From positions 160,001 through 224,000 of the forward strand of contig CAWJSK010000015.1 of the NCBI GenBank assembly GCA_963845535.1: a stretch of 64,000 nt of DNA, read 5' to 3'. Below are positions 38,163 to 46,849 of this stretch, piece by piece; within the stretch, counting starts at the first letter, position 1, and the number at the start of each line of letters is the position of its first letter. The notes beneath the pieces are model-generated. The model worked only from the letters and a program-made list of their open reading frames with translations, made no database searches and was not told the origin of the DNA. The position numbers and the translations under genes are program-made. This stretch comes from an uncultured Spirochaetota bacterium. GTDB taxonomy: Bacteria; Spirochaetota; Spirochaetia; SZUA-6; Fen-1364.

Positions 38163-38906
38163 ATGGGGAAGCGGCTGGCGTTCGGCATCTGCGGGCTCGT
38201 TGTCCTTCTGGCCGCGTGGTGGATCCTGTCGATGTGCCTGCCCCAGGGATTCGTTCCTGATCCGCTGTCGGTCGTCGTGCGGTTCATCGAGCTGTTGCCC
38301 ACGGTGCTGTGGCAGCACGCTCTCGCGAGCCTTGGCAGGGTCGGGGCGGCGCTTGCCGTTTCGCTTCTCTCTGCCGTGCCCGCGGGCGTTGCCCTGGGAC
38401 GCGTGCGCCGGCTCGACTGGCTTTTCTCACCCGTGGCGTACGCGCTGTACCCCGTGCCCAAGATCGCGCTCCTGCCGGTGGTGATGCTGCTTCTTGGCCT
38501 GGGAAACGTGTCGAAGGCTGTGATCGTTTTTGTTGTCCTGTTCTTTCAGGTCCTGATCTCCAGCCGGGATGGAGCGCGGGGGATATCGCCTCAGTACATC
38601 CTGTCCCTCAGGTCCCTCGGGGCCAATCATCTGCAGGCGCTCCGCTACGTTGTGTGGCCGGCGCTTCTTCCGGGACTGCTTTCCTCCCTCCGCGTAGGAA
38701 CAGGCACGGCGCTTGCGGTCTTGTTTTTTGCCGAGACTTTCGGGACCACGCGCGGCCTGGGGTGGTTCGTCATGGAAAGCTGGATGCGGATGTCGTACGT
38801 GGACATGTTTGCCGGGATACTGTGCCTGGGGCTTGTTGGCCTGGGACTTTTCCTGGCAATAGACCTTGCCCAGCGGCGATTGTGCCGCTGGTTGCCGAAG
38901 ACCTGA
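38163..38906 (+). CDS. NitT/TauT-family ABC permease
   Basis: LYPVPKIALLP, RSLGA, PALLP, FAE..G...GLG. Confidence 0.9.
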   Translation: MGKRLAFGICGLVVLLAAWWILSMCLPQGFVPDPLSVVVRFIELLPTVLWQHALASLGRVGAALAVSLLSAVPAGVALGRVRRLDWLFSPVAYALYPVPKIALLPVVMLLLGLGNVSKAVIVFVVLFFQVLISSRDGARGISPQYILSLRSLGANHLQALRYVVWPALLPGLLSSLRVGTGTALAVLFFAETFGTTRGLGWFVMESWMRMSYVDMFAGILCLGLVGLGLFLAIDLAQRRLCRWLPKT

Positions 38907-38921
38907 GCGTCAGACCGCGAG

Positions 38922-39128
38922 CTACCCCAGCGGGTTTCCAGCGTCCTTGCCGTCGACCTTCAAAAGGAGAGAGAGCTTCACTTTCCGGCGCTCAAGTCCC
39001 CTTCCCGTGGGGACGGCGCATACGGCTTCCTCGTGGTTCAGGACGAGGACCGCCATCTCGGGGCCGCCGCTTTTCAATTGAACGATGTCCCCGATCTCGA
39101 ACTGGTCCGACTCGAACTGGTCCGACAT
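38922..39128 (-). CDS. YodC/DUF2158 family small protein
   Basis: FEIGDIVQLKSGGPEMAV; GAGGAGGTGA RBS before ATG 39128. Confidence 0.8.
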   Translation of the reverse strand: MSDQFESDQFEIGDIVQLKSGGPEMAVLVLNHEEAVCAVPTGRGLERRKVKLSLLLKVDGKDAGNPLG

Positions 39129-39157
39129 TTTCACCTCCTCACGTAAGGCACCGGACC

Positions 39158-39200
39158 GAAGAAAAAGAACCCTCGGGAGATGGAGGATTCCCGAGGGGTT
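39158..39200 (-). terminator. Intrinsic terminator on the minus strand
   Basis: Minus strand CCCTCGGGA-loop-TCCCGAGGG followed by TTCTTTTTCTT. Confidence 0.7.
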
Positions 39201-39300
39201 GGTGTAGAACACATGCGCAATCCACTTTCCTTGGGATTGAAGGTGTATTCCTTTGGGGGGAAAGTGGTGTCGGTAAATTTCTTACAGGCCGCAGGTCACG

Positions 39301-40512
39301 CTACCGGCTGCCGGAAGACTGGGGAGCGTTTTTCGAGGCTTTCCACTCCCGCGCGTACTCGAAGCTTATGCGGGTGCCCTTCCCCGTTGAGGATTCTATG
39401 AGGACTCTGCCCCCGGCCGCGCGGGCTCTTTCCTTCATGCTGAGCAGTCCGAGGGACATTGGAGAGTCTTCCGTGGCGAATCCCTTGCCGTCGTCCTGCA
39501 CCTCGACGTGCAGTTGCGTGGCGCTGCCCTGGAGGGATACAGTGACGCTGGCAGGCTGCGCATGGCGGGCCGCATTCGTCAGGGCTTCCTGCACAATCCT
39601 GTAGGCGGCAAGCGCAACCTCGAAGGGAAGTCCCGGGAACTCTCCGGTGGCGCTGAAGCGGACTGGGATCTTTGTCCGGGCGCTGAACTCGGTGATCATC
39701 CCATTCACCGCGCCGGTAAGGCCGACCCTGCTCAACTCCGCTGGAGAAAGAGACGCCGACAGAGAGCGGATGGTCTGGAGAATCTTGCGGGCTACGTCGC
39801 TGAGCTGGTCGATCTGCTGGTGGTCCAGCCCGCTGCCGGACTCCCGGGCCTGGTCCAGGATGATGGTGAGATAGGTCAACTGCTGGCCTGCGTCGTCATG
39901 AAGGACTTCCGACACCGTCTCTCGTTCTTTTTCCTGGAGCTTGAGCAAGCCTTCCGCCAGCTGTCGCAACTCCCTTTCTGCGGCGCGCCGCGCCGTGATG
40001 TCGACAAGCGTGACCCGCAGCTCTTCCGTCCCCGGCTCCGCCAGGCAATCGAGCTTTACCCACGTGGGGGCGCGGTTTGCTCCGGCGAGCTGTGCGTCAA
40101 TGGTCCGACGGGCGCCTGAGGATCTGGCGTCTGCTATCACGGAGAGAAACGTGCTGCGCGAACCATGGTCCAGGAATGAGGAGAAACGGCGCGCGCGCAG
40201 GAGGGGCCGGGCAGTCCCGAGTATTTTCTCGGCAGTGCGGTTGACCTGGGTGATCAGGCCATAACCGTTCAGCGTCACATACCCTACGGGCGCGCCATCG
40301 TAGAGCGACAGGTAGCGGTCCCGCATCTTCTCGATCTCCGCTTCGGCGCGTCGCAATTCCTCCACCTGCAGCTCCAGCTCGACCTGGTGAACCTCCAGCT
40401 CATGGAGAAGCTCTTCGGGGGCCGCCGGGCTGGCTGGAGAAGCCTTGTCAGCAAGGATCCGCTCGGCGCGGTTGCGGAGCGCCCTTTTGCCGCCCGCTCT
40501 TTTCGGTTTCAC
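39301..40512 (-). CDS. PAS-HisKA_3 sensor histidine kinase
   Basis: Coiled coil HELEVHQVELELQ, PAS (YDGAPVGY), LHDDAGQ, QEALTNAARHA, DDGKGF, LGLLSMKER. Confidence 0.9.
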   Translation of the reverse strand: MKPKRAGGKRALRNRAERILADKASPASPAAPEELLHELEVHQVELELQVEELRRAEAEIEKMRDRYLSLYDGAPVGYVTLNGYGLITQVNRTAEKILGTARPLLRARRFSSFLDHGSRSTFLSVIADARSSGARRTIDAQLAGANRAPTWVKLDCLAEPGTEELRVTLVDITARRAAERELRQLAEGLLKLQEKERETVSEVLHDDAGQQLTYLTIILDQARESGSGLDHQQIDQLSDVARKILQTIRSLSASLSPAELSRVGLTGAVNGMITEFSARTKIPVRFSATGEFPGLPFEVALAAYRIVQEALTNAARHAQPASVTVSLQGSATQLHVEVQDDGKGFATEDSPMSLGLLSMKERARAAGGRVLIESSTGKGTRISFEYAREWKASKNAPQSSGSR

Positions 40513-43500
40513 GATGACTGTGAATCCGCGGAGAAGGCGAGGAAGCGGCAGATCACGGGTCCCTCTTCGCCGCCCACGAGGTACCCGTCGACGCGAAGGG
40601 ACCTCCGCCCGACCTCGGGGAAGTCGATCTGGATAGAGCGGCCCTTGACCGCGAGGTCCCGTATCAGCTCGACCTCCAGGAGCGCACGCATGTCATCCGT
40701 GTTCCACGCGCCTCCCTGCGCCTCGTAGAACCGCTGCCCGTCCGGGACAGGCGCCGGGGACATCGTACGGAACGCATCGTTTGTCATCAGGATCCGAAGC
40801 GCGTCGTCCAGGGCCACCACCGGCGTGTCCGCGTGCGTGGCAAGGCGAAGGGCGCACTCGTTGGCAACCCGAAGGCGTCGGGTCAGGGCTGTCTTTTCGC
40901 TCATGTGCTCATGGATGTCGACAAAGGAGAGCACCACGCCGGCAATCGCATCCTGCGTCGTGCGATAGGGGTGAAGCCGCAGGGAGTACCAGTGCCCGTC
41001 CCGAGTCTGAACCGCCTCCCGGTACGGGATGAGCGTCTCCAGGACCTTCTGCGCGCGCTCGACGAGGTTTTCCATCTGGAGGTTCGACGTCACGTGGCCC
41101 AGCGGCCTGCCAACGTCGGTGCCGATCAGGTTGAAGATGCGCGTGGCATCCGGGGTGTAGCGTTTGATCTGCAGGGCGTTGTCCAGGAAGATCGTCGCGA
41201 TGTTGCTGCTGTTGAGGAGGTTCATCATGTCGTCATTGATGACGGACAGCTCGTCGATCTTGTTCTGGAACTCGTTGTTCACCGTGAGAAGCTCTTCGTT
41301 GACGGACTGGAGCTCCTCCCGCGAGGTCTCGAGCTCTTCGTTGGCGCTCTGCAGCTCTTCGTTTGTGGACTGGTACTCCTCGTTGGCTGATCGAAGCTCC
41401 TCGTTTGCCGTCTCCAGCTCTTCGATGGTGCTCCTGAGGTTCTCCTTGGTGTATTGAAGCTCCGCCTCCAGCTCCCGTATCCGCGCGTCCCCTTTGCCTT
41501 TTTCACCGGTCTTGCGTGCCGCGGGAACCTCGACGGTTTCCCAGAAGCTCACGACGAGAAAGCCCTGGCGCTCCGGTATTCCCAGGACGGGCTGCACGGA
41601 AATGCGCGTCACGAACACAACCGCGTCGCGCTTGATCCGAACGCCGTCCCGGAGGATGGCTTTCCTGTGCGCGCTTGCCTCCATGAGGGCGGAGGAAATT
41701 TCGCTTCGCAGCTCCGGGCGGACCATGTCGACGATGCTCATGTTCGGCTCGCCCTGCGCAAGCTCCAGGAACCTGTTCGTCTCTCCATGGACGTACACGA
41801 TGTGGAACGTCGAATCCACCAGGACGGACGGCCCGAGGGCTTGCAGGAGGGACCTTTCGGACATGCTTCCGGCCAGAATGTCCAGGCCTTTGGGAACGGG
41901 GGAAAGGGAAAGCTCGCGCCACGCGGAGTGCGCGGGCATGGGGATACGCAGGTCAGACGACCCTCGACGGCCGTAAATCTTCCATTTGGCGTCGAGCACC
42001 TGGAAGTAGTCGGCATACTCGCCGATGGTTTCCGCCGTCCCGAGGAGAAGGATGCCGTCTCCGCCCAGAGCGTAGTGGAGGATGGGAATGAGCCTGTGTT
42101 GCAGGTCCGAGCCCAGGTAGATGAGGACGTTGCGCACCGAGATGAGGTCCATGCGGGAAAACGGGGGGTCGTTCGTGATGTCCTGAACGGCGAAGACGAG
42201 CTTTTCCCGCAGCTCCTTCCTGACTTGAAGCTGGTGGTCCGCCCGGACGAAGAAGCGGCGGACCCGATCCTCGCTCATGTCCTGCGCAACAGCCGCGGGG
42301 TACATGCCCGCGCGTGCGGTGTTGATGGCGTCTGCGTCGATGTCCGTGCCGAAGACCTGGATCTCGAGGTATTTGCCAAGCTGTTCCACGCATTCCTGGA
42401 GCAGCATGGCCAGGGAGTAGGATTCCTCCCCCGTCGAGCAGCCCGCCGTCCACGCCCGGACCGTTTCACCGTCCTTTTTGGCCGACAAGCGTTCGAGGAG
42501 CAGCTTTTTCAGCAGCTCGAAGGCCTCCTCATCCCGGAAGAATTGCGTGACGTTGATCAGGAGGTCCTTGAAGAGCGCCTCCGTTTCCGGTGGGTTGTCC
42601 GTCACGAATTGCGCGTAGTCGCGCAGTTCTTCAATGCGGTTGACGCTCATGCGCCGTTCAATGCGCCGCTTCAGGGTCGAAAGTTTGTACCCGGAGAAGT
42701 CCCGCTTGGTGCGGAGCCGGATGATGGAGAATATCTTCTGCATGTCGCTCGACTGTCTCTCGATCATGTCGCGGCGCTTTTCCGCCGCCATTCCGCGGGA
42801 TTGGCGGACGTACTCGATGAGCGACGCAGGCATGTCCTGGGGCGCGCGGATGTAGTCCGCGACCCCCGCGGCAATGGCCGCGCGGGGCATCCCGTCGTAG
42901 CGGGCCGTGTCGGGGTCCTGCACAATGACCATGCCCATTTTGGCCTTGACGGCTTTTGCCCCCAGAGTCCCGTCACGGCCGGTGCCCGACATGATGATCC
43001 CCACCGCGCGCTCTCCAAGCTCTTCCGCGAGGGACCGGAAGAATGCGTCAATGAGGGAGAACTCCGGCTGGCCCACTCTTTCCCGAAGCCGCAGGTGCCG
43101 GCCTTTCTCCAGCGTCATGATCTTGGTAGGCGGCATCACGTAGACATGGTCCGTCTCCACCCGCTGTTCCTCCGCCTCCGTGACGGCCATCCCGGTGTGG
43201 CGCTTGAGGAGATTTGCCATGGCGCTGGGGTGCGTGGGGTCCAGGTGCTGGATGATCACGAAGGCCATCCCGGTCTTGGGCGGCATGGCGGAAAAAAAGT
43301 GCTCCAGGGCCTCGAGGCCGCCGGCGGAGGCGCCAATGCCGACGATAGGAAAATCGGCGGAGGTGGTAGGAAGCACCGGCGCGACGGGCAGCGTCTCAGG
43401 GTTGGGCAGGGTCTCAGGCCTGAGCAGGGTCTCAGAGTTGGGCAGCGTCTCAGGTCTGGCCGGGCTCGGAGAGCTGGTCTGAGCAGGTTGAAGGGTCGTC

Positions 43501-43541
43501 TTGCCTTTGGGGTCGGCCGAAGCCTTTCTCTTCCCTGCCAT
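40509..43541 (-). CDS. CheB-CheR fusion protein with coiled coil and PAS domains
   Basis: CheB: GASAGG, QHL, SGTGRDG. CheR: INVTQFFRD, AGCSTGEESYS, RNVLIY. Then NEELQS heptads and PAS. Confidence 0.93.
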   Translation of the reverse strand: MAGKRKASADPKGKTTLQPAQTSSPSPARPETLPNSETLLRPETLPNPETLPVAPVLPTTSADFPIVGIGASAGGLEALEHFFSAMPPKTGMAFVIIQHLDPTHPSAMANLLKRHTGMAVTEAEEQRVETDHVYVMPPTKIMTLEKGRHLRLRERVGQPEFSLIDAFFRSLAEELGERAVGIIMSGTGRDGTLGAKAVKAKMGMVIVQDPDTARYDGMPRAAIAAGVADYIRAPQDMPASLIEYVRQSRGMAAEKRRDMIERQSSDMQKIFSIIRLRTKRDFSGYKLSTLKRRIERRMSVNRIEELRDYAQFVTDNPPETEALFKDLLINVTQFFRDEEAFELLKKLLLERLSAKKDGETVRAWTAGCSTGEESYSLAMLLQECVEQLGKYLEIQVFGTDIDADAINTARAGMYPAAVAQDMSEDRVRRFFVRADHQLQVRKELREKLVFAVQDITNDPPFSRMDLISVRNVLIYLGSDLQHRLIPILHYALGGDGILLLGTAETIGEYADYFQVLDAKWKIYGRRGSSDLRIPMPAHSAWRELSLSPVPKGLDILAGSMSERSLLQALGPSVLVDSTFHIVYVHGETNRFLELAQGEPNMSIVDMVRPELRSEISSALMEASAHRKAILRDGVRIKRDAVVFVTRISVQPVLGIPERQGFLVVSFWETVEVPAARKTGEKGKGDARIRELEAELQYTKENLRSTIEELETANEELRSANEEYQSTNEELQSANEELETSREELQSVNEELLTVNNEFQNKIDELSVINDDMMNLLNSSNIATIFLDNALQIKRYTPDATRIFNLIGTDVGRPLGHVTSNLQMENLVERAQKVLETLIPYREAVQTRDGHWYSLRLHPYRTTQDAIAGVVLSFVDIHEHMSEKTALTRRLRVANECALRLATHADTPVVALDDALRILMTNDAFRTMSPAPVPDGQRFYEAQGGAWNTDDMRALLEVELIRDLAVKGRSIQIDFPEVGRRSLRVDGYLVGGEEGPVICRFLAFSADSQSS
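43386..43457. repeat. 18-bp tandem repeat x4 (PETLPN-like) in the cheB-cheR N-terminus
   Basis: GGGCAGCGTCTCAGGGTT-like units at 43386, 43404, 43422 and 43440. Confidence 0.8.
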
Positions 43542-43684
43542 CTCTCCTCCCGCAGCAGAGAGCTATTCTGGGTACGGTATCACATCCGGGAGGTGATGGT
43601 AAGGCGCGTCCGGTGTCTTCGCGCCGTCCGCCGTCCAAGCTGTTCCCCGGGAGCTAAACGATGTAGTATCTGCCGGGGGAAAGC

Positions 43685-44323
43685 GTGCAAACCACGGTCC
43701 TGATTGTGGATGATCATTCCGCTATCCGCGAAGGGCTCAAGGCGGCTCTCCGTGACTCGAAAGAGTTCACGGTGATCGGAGAAGCATCCGACGCCGGGCA
43801 CGCTCTCAGCCTTGTGGAATCCCTTCGCCCCGCCATTGTCATCCTGGACATCTCCATTCCCGACCTCAGCGGCATGCGGGTTGCTCAGATTATCCGCCGG
43901 GTTTCTCCGGGCACGAAAATAGTCGTCTATACGATGCACGGCGAGCTTGGATTGCAAACGGGCATGATCAGGGCCGGGGCCACTTCCTACGTGCTCAAGG
44001 GAGAGCCGCTCTCCGACCTTCTGGATGCGCTTCGAAAGACACGGGACGGGAAGCGCAGGTTCCCTGATCCTTCGGTGGCCCCCGCGCTTGCGGACTCAGC
44101 CGTGGAGGAATCGGACGACGTCCTTCACGTCCTCAGCCGCCGGGAGAAGGAGATATTTCTCAGGCTCGCGGAGGGCAGCTCGATCAAGCAGGCCGCTTTC
44201 GAGCTGGGCTTGAGCCCGAAGACCGTGGAGACGTACAAGTACCGCCTTATGCGCAAGCTGAACATCGACAACGTGGTGGACCTCGCCAAGATGGCCATCC
44301 GCACGCGGCTGGTCCAGCCGTAG
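43685..44323 (+). CDS. NarL/LuxR-family response regulator
   Basis: VLIVDDH, ILDISIP, LSRREKEI, LSPKTVETYKYRLMRKL. Confidence 0.92.
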   Translation: MQTTVLIVDDHSAIREGLKAALRDSKEFTVIGEASDAGHALSLVESLRPAIVILDISIPDLSGMRVAQIIRRVSPGTKIVVYTMHGELGLQTGMIRAGATSYVLKGEPLSDLLDALRKTRDGKRRFPDPSVAPALADSAVEESDDVLHVLSRREKEIFLRLAEGSSIKQAAFELGLSPKTVETYKYRLMRKLNIDNVVDLAKMAIRTRLVQP

Positions 44324-44363
44324 ACGGACGGGAGGGGGACACCGGGACGACCTCCCGTTGTCT
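44322..44363. terminator. Stem-loop between convergent genes
   Basis: ACGGGAGG/CCTCCCGT core stem. Confidence 0.4.
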
Positions 44364-44376
44364 GCCTTCTTTGGCG

Positions 44377-45456
44377 CTATGCCTGTTGGCGCTGTGCCTT
44401 GACCAATTCCGGTTCGCCGACCGCCGGCCCCTTTGCGTTCTTCTCCACTCTCCTGCGCTCGAACAGGTAGAAAGCCGCCGGCACGACGAAGAACGTGAGC
44501 ACGGCGGAAGTCAGTATCCCCCCGAACATCACCACGCCGAGCCTCTGGCCGAACTCAGAGCCTTCGCCATGGCCGAATACGAGCGGCCCGGCAATCACGA
44601 GGACCGTAAGGGTGGTCATCACGATGGGACGGAAGCGCAGCCGCGCGGAGTCGATCAGCGCCTCCTTGAACGGCATCTTCCCGATTCGCTGGACAACAAA
44701 GTCCAGGTACAGGATTGCATTCTTCGCTGACAGCCCGATCAACAGCAGGACGCCGAGGAGCCCGAAGACGTCCAGTCCGCCCCCCAGCACCGCCACGAAC
44801 ACCAGGGCGCCGACGATGGCCAGCGGGACGGGAAGAAGCAGGTATATGGGATAGCGCCAGGAATTGAACTGGGCTGCCATGACGAGGTACGCAAGGAAAA
44901 GGGCGAGCAGGAACGCAATGGAGCCCGTTTGAGACATTTCCCGGGCAAGGCTGGCCGCGCTGAACATGCCTCCCGACCCCAGGGAAACGTGGCTGTCCAG
45001 CAGCCCTTGTCGGGTCAGCTCCTCGGTGAGCGTATTCTGGAACGTGAGGGCAGGTGGCGCCTTTTTTGCAAGGTCGATGGATAGGGTTGCCGCATACAGC
45101 CTGTTGTAACGGGACACCGCTATGGGAGACTGTCGAAGGACAAGACTGCCCAGTTGGCCGACCTGCAATCCCGTCTGGTTCGTCGCCGAGACGATGGGCA
45201 GGTTCAGAAGGGACTGTCCGTCCGAGAGATACGTCGGATCGATCTGGACCATGATGGGGTAGCTCTGCCCGCTGATCTGGACGTTGCCGGCCTGGGTCCC
45301 GGAGGTGTAGGTCTGAAGCAGGCTTGCCACCGCTTGCGGGTTCAACCCTGTGCCCGCCATCTTCGATTCGCTTGCATTGAGAAGTTCTTTGGCAAAGCAG
45401 GACATCCTGGGGCACTCCTGGCGTTTTCCGTGGCGCTCGTTCTCTACGGCAATCAA
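44377..45456 (-). pseudogene. Truncated AcrB/RND efflux permease (C-terminal third only)
   Basis: YLVMAAQFNS, LIGLSAKNAIL, RFRPIVMTT, LTFFVVP. About 330 homologous aa against roughly 1000 expected; no upstream continuation and no MFP partner. Confidence 0.75.
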
Positions 45457-45591
45457 ACGTTTGCGCGGCCTGGGGACGGGCTGATTCCCGAAGGAACGTT
45501 CAGCCGTTTTTCGACGGCAGACTTCGTCAAGGAAATTTTTGCCTTTTTTCGCGCGACTCTGAAATTCTTACACTTCCCTTAACACTTTAAT

Positions 45592-45636
45592 GATAGGATA
45601 TCGAGGATAGGTTATCGACGGGGACAGGATATCGAC
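45592..45636. repeat. Three 13-bp direct repeats upstream of a hypothetical gene
   Basis: GATAGGATATCGA (45592), GATAGGTTATCGA (45606), GACAGGATATCGA (45623). Confidence 0.65.
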
Positions 45637-45666
45637 TGGATAGAGGATCACACCGGTGAGAGGCGC

Positions 45667-46839
45667 ATGAGAAAACCCATGCTGGAGTTCCCGGTTCGAA
45701 TCGCCCTGACGGACAAGGGGGTGAGATTTTTCCTGCGTAACCGGCGCAGGATCAGCCAGGTCAGGCTGTCCGACGGCTCCCTGGAATCCGGTCTCATCAT
45801 GCAGCCGGTGAACGCCCAGGCGCTGCAAGGCATGATCTGCCGGGCGTACGTTTCGACAGTGGAAGTGGCGCGGTCGGAGTTCCGCACTCGCCGCAATGAG
45901 CTGATCGACCTGAACAAGCTGATCGTCTATGCCGTCCTGTACGAGCGCTTCGCCAACCATGTCCACCGGTTTCTCCTGGGAAGCGATTTCGTCGACCGCT
46001 GGAACCGCGAGCATCCCCGAAACCCCATCGACGCGCGCTCGAGGTTCAGCGAGCTTCCCGTGGAGGAGTTCCTCGGGAAGCATGAGCCTCTCCAGAGGCG
46101 GGTTGCCGGGGTGATCCTGGCCCGCATGGAAGCCGGTCTCTCGGACCAGCAGGGCCGCGGTTTCGAAGAGGCGGAGAGAGATGCGCGGATGAACATCGGC
46201 CGGCGATTTCTCAGCCACCTGCACCACTCCACGTGGTTCCTCCTGCTGGAGTCCAGCGGAACCGACCATCACGAGGGCTTGCTGGAAAAGATCGGAAGGC
46301 TCCTGGTCAAGTTCGTTAAGAAAGTGGACGTCGCGGACTGCCTCTCTTTCATCATCATGGAAATGGCCGCCTACGAGGAGAGCGCCAAACTGCAGGTGAC
46401 GGCGCGCCGGCTCTTCCGGGCGGGGGAATCCCCGGACCTGGAGGATGACGAAGGCCTGCGTTCGCAGGTGCGCACTCACCTGGAATCCCACAAGGATTTC
46501 CTCTATCTCACCTGGCGCATTCGCCACGGGGATCTCCCCCGGGCAGTGCGTCCCGCGCTCCAGGTCGACCTGATCAACAAGTGCTACGATTTCCATTTCC
46601 TGAAGGCGCAGATGGACAGCAGAAAGCGAATTGACGTTCGCGAACGCAGCCTGGCGGATTTCTATGAACAGCTTCCTGAGTCCCATTCGGACGGGGATTT
46701 CGGCCAGTATTACCTGAGCTACCTCGAGCAGGCCTGCACGGATCTCCGCATGCCTTTCGAATCCCGGGTCAGCCATCTCGGCCCGGAAAACCTGACTGTC
46801 ATCTCCCTGACCCTGGACATGAAGGCCAAAGCGGTCTGA
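45667..46839 (+). CDS. Conserved hypothetical protein (spirochaete-like)
   Basis: 390-aa ORF with good coding bias. LTDKG..FF, SEF...R.ELIDL.KLIVY and G.YYLSYL..AC recalled from spirochaete hypotheticals. Confidence 0.7.
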   Translation: MRKPMLEFPVRIALTDKGVRFFLRNRRRISQVRLSDGSLESGLIMQPVNAQALQGMICRAYVSTVEVARSEFRTRRNELIDLNKLIVYAVLYERFANHVHRFLLGSDFVDRWNREHPRNPIDARSRFSELPVEEFLGKHEPLQRRVAGVILARMEAGLSDQQGRGFEEAERDARMNIGRRFLSHLHHSTWFLLLESSGTDHHEGLLEKIGRLLVKFVKKVDVADCLSFIIMEMAAYEESAKLQVTARRLFRAGESPDLEDDEGLRSQVRTHLESHKDFLYLTWRIRHGDLPRAVRPALQVDLINKCYDFHFLKAQMDSRKRIDVRERSLADFYEQLPESHSDGDFGQYYLSYLEQACTDLRMPFESRVSHLGPENLTVISLTLDMKAKAV

Positions 46840-46849
46840 TCCGGACCCC

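Noticed and set aside
41454..43703. Long antisense ORFs (749 aa here; also 53094-55055, 4155-5633, 45568-46971 and others)
   Set aside because: Shadow frames of high-GC genes with no recognisable motifs.
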